DNA of 64,000 nucleotides from Planctomycetota bacterium (GTDB lineage: Bacteria > Planctomycetota > UBA8108 > SXIK01): assembly GCA_965223845.1 (NCBI GenBank), contig CBDCXR010000004.1:3008001-3072000 (forward strand). The letters run 5' to 3'. Positions 59,112 through 64,000 of this stretch are shown here, piece after piece. The position numbers were made by a program, and so were the translations under genes. Each line of letters opens with the position of its first letter. Positions within the stretch are counted from its first letter, which is position 1. The notes under the pieces were generated by a model. The model was given only the letters and a program-made list of their open reading frames with translations, did no database searches and was not told the DNA's origin.

Positions 59112-59871
59112 CTGCGTCTACTCCGGACGGGTTCGGCACCGGCGGCATCGTCCCGTCGAGCACGAATTCAGCTACTCCGTATTCATGGTCTATCTCGATC
59201 TGGCCGAGCTCGACGACGTCTTCCGCGGACGTTGGCTGTGGTCCGTCGAGAAGCCCAACCTCGCCGCATTCTTTCGGCGCGACCATCTCGGACCCCGCGG
59301 GGAGACGCTCGAAGAGTCCGTTCGTGAGCTCGTCGCGGAGCAGACCGGACGCCGTCCGAGCGGCCCGATTCGGCTCCTCACGCATCTCCGCTACTTCGGC
59401 TACACGATGAATCCGGTGAGCTTCTACTACTGCTGGAACACCGAAGGAACGGCGGTCGAGTACCTCGTCGCGGAAGTGAACAACACTCCGTGGGGCGAGC
59501 AGCACTCCTACGTCGTCGATCGCACCAAGGCCGAGGTTCGGCGGGGTTGGACCCGCGCCGCCTTCGGAAAGGAGTTCCACGTCTCTCCGTTCATGGCGAT
59601 GGACCAGACGTACAACTGGAGCTTCTCGGAGCCCGGACCGGAGCTCTTCTTTCAGATGGAAAACCGCGAGTCCGACGAAGTCGTGTTCGACGCATTCCTT
59701 CACCTTCGCCGGCGCGAACTCACCGGACGAACGCTCGCCGCGACTCTCGCTCGTTACCCGCTCATGACGACGCAAGTCGTCGCGGCGATCTATTGGCAAG
59801 CGTTTCGGCTGTGGCTGAAACGCTGCCCCTTCCACCCTCACCCGAAACACTCGGAGGGAGTCAGCCCGTGA
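59098..59871 (+). CDS. DUF1365 family protein (UfaO-like)
   Basis: [32 protein letters not shown] and IYWQA. Confidence 0.92.
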   Translation: MSRNSCVYSGRVRHRRHRPVEHEFSYSVFMVYLDLAELDDVFRGRWLWSVEKPNLAAFFRRDHLGPRGETLEESVRELVAEQTGRRPSGPIRLLTHLRYFGYTMNPVSFYYCWNTEGTAVEYLVAEVNNTPWGEQHSYVVDRTKAEVRRGWTRAAFGKEFHVSPFMAMDQTYNWSFSEPGPELFFQMENRESDEVVFDAFLHLRRRELTGRTLAATLARYPLMTTQVVAAIYWQAFRLWLKRCPFHPHPKHSEGVSP

Positions 59872-61163
59872 CCACGAGCGAGACCATCCGACCTCAAGAA
59901 ATGGACCGGACGGTTCTGGGCGAGAGCCCGAATCCCACGCGTCTCGAGCCGATGGGCGCCGCGGATCGACTCGCGAAGCGCGTCGTCGAGCAACGATTGT
60001 CGGCCCTTCCCGGCGGCGGCATCACCGTTGTGAGCGAAGCTGCGAGCATCCCCGACGATCGTCGCCCGAGAATCCGAGTTCGCGATCCGAGGTTTTACCG
60101 TCGCGTCATCCGCGGAGGAACGATCGGCGCCGCCGAGGCCTACATGAACGGCTGGTGGGAATGCGATGATCTCGCGGCCCTGATCCGGGCCCTAGTCCGT
60201 CACATCGAAGTCGCGGACGGACTCGACACGGGCACGACTCGGATCCGGCGGCTCGCCGAGCGCGCTGGACATTGGCTTCGCCGAAACACGCGACGCGGCA
60301 GTCGGCGAAACATTCATGCGCATTACGATCTCGGGAACGATTTCTTTCGTCTCTTCCTCGACCCGAGCCTCACCTACTCGTGCGGAATCTTCGAGGAGGC
60401 GACCTCTACCCTCGAAGAGGCATCTCAGGAAAAACTGGATCGCATCTGCCGAAAGCTCCGCCTCGCTCCACACGACCGCCTGCTCGAGATCGGTTCCGGC
60501 TGGGGAAGTTTTGCCCTTCACGCAGCGGCGAACTACGGCTGCCGGGTGACAACCACCACGATCTCAAGCGAGCAGTTCGAGCTGGCTCGCGAGCGCGTTG
60601 CGAAGGCGAATCTCTCCGAACGCGTGACGGTTCTCCTCGAAGACTACCGCCAACTGACCGGTCGTTACGACAAGATCGTCTCGATCGAGATGATCGAAGC
60701 CGTCGGTCACGAGTTTCTCCCGGAGTACTTCGGAAAGTGCAGCGCTCTTCTCGAACGACATGGCGCGATGCTCCTTCAGGCGATCACCATGCCGGATCAC
60801 CGTTACGAGCGATATCGGCGATCGGTCGACTTCATTCGAAAGTACATCTTCCCCGGAAGCTGCGTCCCATCGGTCGCCGCGATGAGCTCAGCCATCGCGA
60901 AATCGAGCGACATGCGCTTGACGCACCTCGAAGACATCGGGATCCACTACGCGACGACGCTTCGGCACTGGCGCGAGAGGTTTCTCGCGCACCGAGAAGA
61001 CGTGCGCGCTCTCGGGCATTCCGAATCCTTCGTTCGGCTCTGGGAATTCTATCTCGCCTACTGCGAGGCTGGTTTCGCCGAACGATATCTCGGTGACGTG
61101 CATATGCTTCTCGTCAAGCCGGGATGGTCGCCGAGCGTGGTCTCGAGTCCGGGCGAAGGATAA
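59868..61163 (+). CDS. cfa: Cyclopropane-fatty-acyl-phospholipid synthase family SAM methyltransferase (UfaM-like)
   Basis: [31 protein letters not shown] and YLAYCEAGF; GTGA coupling. Confidence 0.9.
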   Translation: MTTSETIRPQEMDRTVLGESPNPTRLEPMGAADRLAKRVVEQRLSALPGGGITVVSEAASIPDDRRPRIRVRDPRFYRRVIRGGTIGAAEAYMNGWWECDDLAALIRALVRHIEVADGLDTGTTRIRRLAERAGHWLRRNTRRGSRRNIHAHYDLGNDFFRLFLDPSLTYSCGIFEEATSTLEEASQEKLDRICRKLRLAPHDRLLEIGSGWGSFALHAAANYGCRVTTTTISSEQFELARERVAKANLSERVTVLLEDYRQLTGRYDKIVSIEMIEAVGHEFLPEYFGKCSALLERHGAMLLQAITMPDHRYERYRRSVDFIRKYIFPGSCVPSVAAMSSAIAKSSDMRLTHLEDIGIHYATTLRHWRERFLAHREDVRALGHSESFVRLWEFYLAYCEAGFAERYLGDVHMLLVKPGWSPSVVSSPGEG

Positions 61164-61166
61164 GTC

Positions 61167-61715
61167 GTGATTCGCTCCGGCGTCTTCATCAACGCGGGTC
61201 TATTCCAAGCGAGCTGGTTCACGGCCGTCATCGGAGCCGCGCACGGTCGAAGCGGGATCGGGCCGATCGCGATCGCGACCTGGGTCGCGTTCCACCTAGC
61301 TCTGAGCCGAGAGCGGGTCAGCGAGCTCGCTACGATCCTCGCGGCGATCGCCGTGGGCTACGTCACGGATTCCCTGCTCGTCTCGGTGGACGTCTATCGG
61401 TTCCATGACGACAACGGAATCGTCCGACCCACGCGAATCTGGATGCTCGCGCTCTGGGCGAATCTCGGAGCGACCCTTCGCTCCTCCCTCGCTTGGCTAC
61501 GCGGCCGAACCGCACGTGCGGCCGCCAGCGGCGCACTCAGTGCCCCGCTCGCGTACTACGGCGCGGCGAAGATCGGCGCGATTGCGATACCCTCACCCCT
61601 GCCGCCGCGGTTCACCGCGATCGCCACGGGTGGAGCCCTCGCGGTGGCGGCGATCGCGGCGTTCGCTTCGGCGTGGGACCGGCCACGCGGCGCCTCGACG
61701 GAGTCTCCGCCATGA
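61167..61715 (+). CDS. DUF2878 family membrane protein
   Basis: N...FQ..W start, LW.N and PLAYYGA; hydrophobic; typical operon position. Confidence 0.78.
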   Translation: MIRSGVFINAGLFQASWFTAVIGAAHGRSGIGPIAIATWVAFHLALSRERVSELATILAAIAVGYVTDSLLVSVDVYRFHDDNGIVRPTRIWMLALWANLGATLRSSLAWLRGRTARAAASGALSAPLAYYGAAKIGAIAIPSPLPPRFTAIATGGALAVAAIAAFASAWDRPRGASTESPP

Positions 61716-62521
61716 CTCTCGTCATCACTGGAGCGATCGGCTGGATCGTCACCGCGCTCGTGATGGTCCTTCTCTGGTTACGGCAGAAGCGAACGAAGAA
61801 CGCAGGGATCGTCGACGTGACGTGGGCGACCGGCGTCGGCGCTCTCGCCATCGCGTTCGCCGCCGTCGCCGATGGCGAGCCGATCCGCCGGTCTCTCGTC
61901 GGCCTGTGTGCGGGCGTTTGGTCCCTTCGGCTCGCGCTCCATTTGCTTCGGCGTATGACCGGACGCCCTGAAGACGGCCGTTATGCCGACCTTCGCACTC
62001 GTTGGGGAACCCGCACCGAGGTGTATTTCTTCGCCTTCTTCCAAATCCAGGCTCTCTGGGTGGTCCTCTTCGCGGTTCCGATGGCGGTCGCCGCGCGCAA
62101 CCCATCCGCCCTGGGGTGGACCGATCTAGCCGCAGTGCTCGTGTGGCTCGTCTCGATCGCGGGAGAGAGTATCGCCGACCTACAACTCGGACGCTTCGTG
62201 TCCCGGGAAGAGAACGCGGGGAAAGTGTGCCGGGCGGGACTTTGGCGCTATTCACGCCATCCGAACTACTTCTTCGAATGGCTCCACTGGTGGGCGTATG
62301 TCCTCTTCGCGATCGGGTCGAACGGAGTTTGGTTCACTGCAGCGGGAGCCCTCGTCATGCTCTACTTCCTCCTTCGAGTCACCGGGATTCCGCCGACCGA
62401 GGCCAGAGCCCTCTCGAGTCGAGGTGAAGCCTATCGTGAGTACCAACAGACGACGAGCGCGTTCGTCCCCTGGCCGCCGAAAGAGAGAGGATTCGCAAGT
62501 GGGAACGAAACTGATCATTGA
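61712..62521 (+). CDS. DUF1295 (steroid 5-alpha reductase-like) membrane protein
   Basis: [34 protein letters not shown] and TGIP; ATGA coupling. Confidence 0.92.
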   Translation: MTLVITGAIGWIVTALVMVLLWLRQKRTKNAGIVDVTWATGVGALAIAFAAVADGEPIRRSLVGLCAGVWSLRLALHLLRRMTGRPEDGRYADLRTRWGTRTEVYFFAFFQIQALWVVLFAVPMAVAARNPSALGWTDLAAVLVWLVSIAGESIADLQLGRFVSREENAGKVCRAGLWRYSRHPNYFFEWLHWWAYVLFAIGSNGVWFTAAGALVMLYFLLRVTGIPPTEARALSSRGEAYREYQQTTSAFVPWPPKERGFASGNETDH

Positions 62522-63584
62522 CTGCATCGAGCGGGGCTGGGTGCCCGATGCGCTGGTTCGAGCAGGAATTCGTCGACTGTGTCGAGAGCGACTCAAGCAG
62601 GAGCGAAGCTCCGCGTGCGAAGAACGACGCGACCGAGCACGACAATTCCTGTCCGAGATGGCGGCGGCGCCGATCGCCCCGTTGCCGCATGCGGCGAACG
62701 AGCAGCACTACGAGCTCCCGGCCGAGTTCTTCGGACTCGCACTCGGTAGCCATCGAAAGTACAGCTGTGCGTACTGGCCGAAGGGAGTGACCTCGCTCGA
62801 CGACGCAGAGGAGGCGGCGCTCCGAATCACTTGCGAGCGGGCGGAGCTCGCCGACGGGCAAGACATACTCGAGCTCGGCTGCGGCTGGGGATCGCTGACT
62901 CTGTGGATGGCCGAACGCTATCCACGCTCGCGGATCTTGGCGGTCTCCAACTCGAGCTCGCAGCGACGGTTCATCGAGGGTCTCGCACGCGCTCGAAGTC
63001 TGCCAAACGTCGAAGTCGTCACTTGCGACATCAACCGGTTCTCCACCGATCGCACCTTCGATCGCGTGGTGTCCGTAGAGATGTTCGAGCACCTCCGGAA
63101 CTACGAGCTGATCCTACGGCGTATTTCGCAGTGGCTGCGTCCGCAAGGCCGTTTGTTCATTCACGTCTTCTGCCATCGCGATTCCGCCTACACGTTCGAG
63201 ACGGATCGCGACGACGACTGGATGGGTCGTCACTTCTTCACCGGCGGAATCATGCCGAGCGACGACCTCCTCCTCCACTTCCAGGACGACATGCGAGTGG
63301 CAAATCACTGGCGCTGGAATGGAATCCACTACGCGAAGACCGCGAACGCCTGGCTGCACCGGTTCGACCGACACGAATCCGAGATTCGTGAGCAGCTCGT
63401 TCGCACCTACGGACCTACCGAGGCCGAACGCTGGCGCCACCGCTGGCGCATTTTCTTCATGGCCTGCGCCGAGCTGTTCGGATTCCGCAGCGGTGAAGAA
63501 TGGTGGGTCGCGCACTACCTCTTCGCCGCGCCTCGCGAGAGAGTTGCGACAGCGAATCCGAGTGCGCGAGTAGCGGTGAGCTGA
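62499..63584 (+). CDS. Second Cfa-related SAM-dependent methyltransferase
   Basis: [31 protein letters not shown] and [10 protein letters not shown]. Confidence 0.9.
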   Translation: MGTKLIIDCIERGWVPDALVRAGIRRLCRERLKQERSSACEERRDRARQFLSEMAAAPIAPLPHAANEQHYELPAEFFGLALGSHRKYSCAYWPKGVTSLDDAEEAALRITCERAELADGQDILELGCGWGSLTLWMAERYPRSRILAVSNSSSQRRFIEGLARARSLPNVEVVTCDINRFSTDRTFDRVVSVEMFEHLRNYELILRRISQWLRPQGRLFIHVFCHRDSAYTFETDRDDDWMGRHFFTGGIMPSDDLLLHFQDDMRVANHWRWNGIHYAKTANAWLHRFDRHESEIREQLVRTYGPTEAERWRHRWRIFFMACAELFGFRSGEEWWVAHYLFAAPRERVATANPSARVAVS

Positions 63585-63694
63585 CCGGAGCCGGACGAAC
63601 CACGCCGAAGACGAATCTTCGCCGCTCACCGACGCAGCGACCGCAAGCGATCAGGCCTCTACGCGACTTCGGTTCCGGCGTTCGTTCTCGTTCT

Positions 63695-64000
63695 CTACGC
63701 GAGGCGTCCGGACGCTTCGATCGGCCAGACGTCCACCACTCGCCCGTCTTCGTGCACAAACATCTCGCGGTAAAGATTGCAGGTCGTGCAGGCGTGACTC
63801 GAGATGAGCTCGAGCGCGTCCCCCATTCGCCACTCGGGGGCATTCCGGACGACGAGGTGCTCCTCGGCGAGAAAAAACGGTACGTCCACGCCCGAGTGCC
63901 CGCGAATTCGCGGCGGACCGAACTCGCCGCCCGCGCCCTTGACGCCGACATCAAGTACGGCTTCGCCCGGACGCTTGCTGATCACGCGAGTGAGTACGGA
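63695..64000 (-). CDS. DSD1 / D-threonine aldolase-like PLP enzyme, C-terminal part (truncated by window edge)
   Basis: LDVGVK, EEH, HACTTCNL and WPI...G. Confidence 0.78.
   Translation of the reverse strand, partial: SVLTRVISKRPGEAVLDVGVKGAGGEFGPPRIRGHSGVDVPFFLAEEHLVVRNAPEWRMGDALELISSHACTTCNLYREMFVHEDGRVVDVWPIEASGRLA

Noticed and set aside
1-64000. Genome-wide reassignment of UGA (to Trp or Gly) as the explanation for TGA 4607
   Set aside because: Many genes end at TGA exactly at domain ends with coupled starts (GTGA 2633, ATGA 57831, GTGA 59868, ATGA 61712), so TGA is a normal stop here.

Overview
GC-rich bacterial chromosome segment with about 45 real genes. Gene content (PVC-type heme-binding CxxCH protein, DUF1501, DUF1080, three sulfatases, dockerin-like/lamin-tail/CotH secreted proteins) points to Planctomycetota; this is inferred from gene content only. 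The left and middle parts (1-49.6 kb) encode mostly secreted hydrolases and redox proteins, many of them two-enzyme fusions. This region includes a XylR-type regulator flanked by two genes that share a matching upstream direct-repeat motif. The right part (49.7-63.6 kb) looks like a light/photo-oxidative-stress island. It holds a CarH-type B12 domain fused to a C-terminal XRE HTH, a MerR-B12-fold regulator lacking both cobalt-ligating histidines, candidate operators for each, and a desaturase/FAD-oxidoreductase/DUF1365/cfa/DUF2878/DUF1295/methyltransferase operon resembling the furan-fatty-acid pathway. The strongest unexpected signal is an in-frame TGA (4607-4609) inside an FG-GAP/ASPIC-UnbV/redoxin/TPR lipoprotein gene, followed by a SECIS-like hairpin, which suggests a ~1210-aa selenoprotein. 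No rRNA, tRNA, CRISPR array or transposase was seen. All domain calls come from motif recognition by eye, not database searches.
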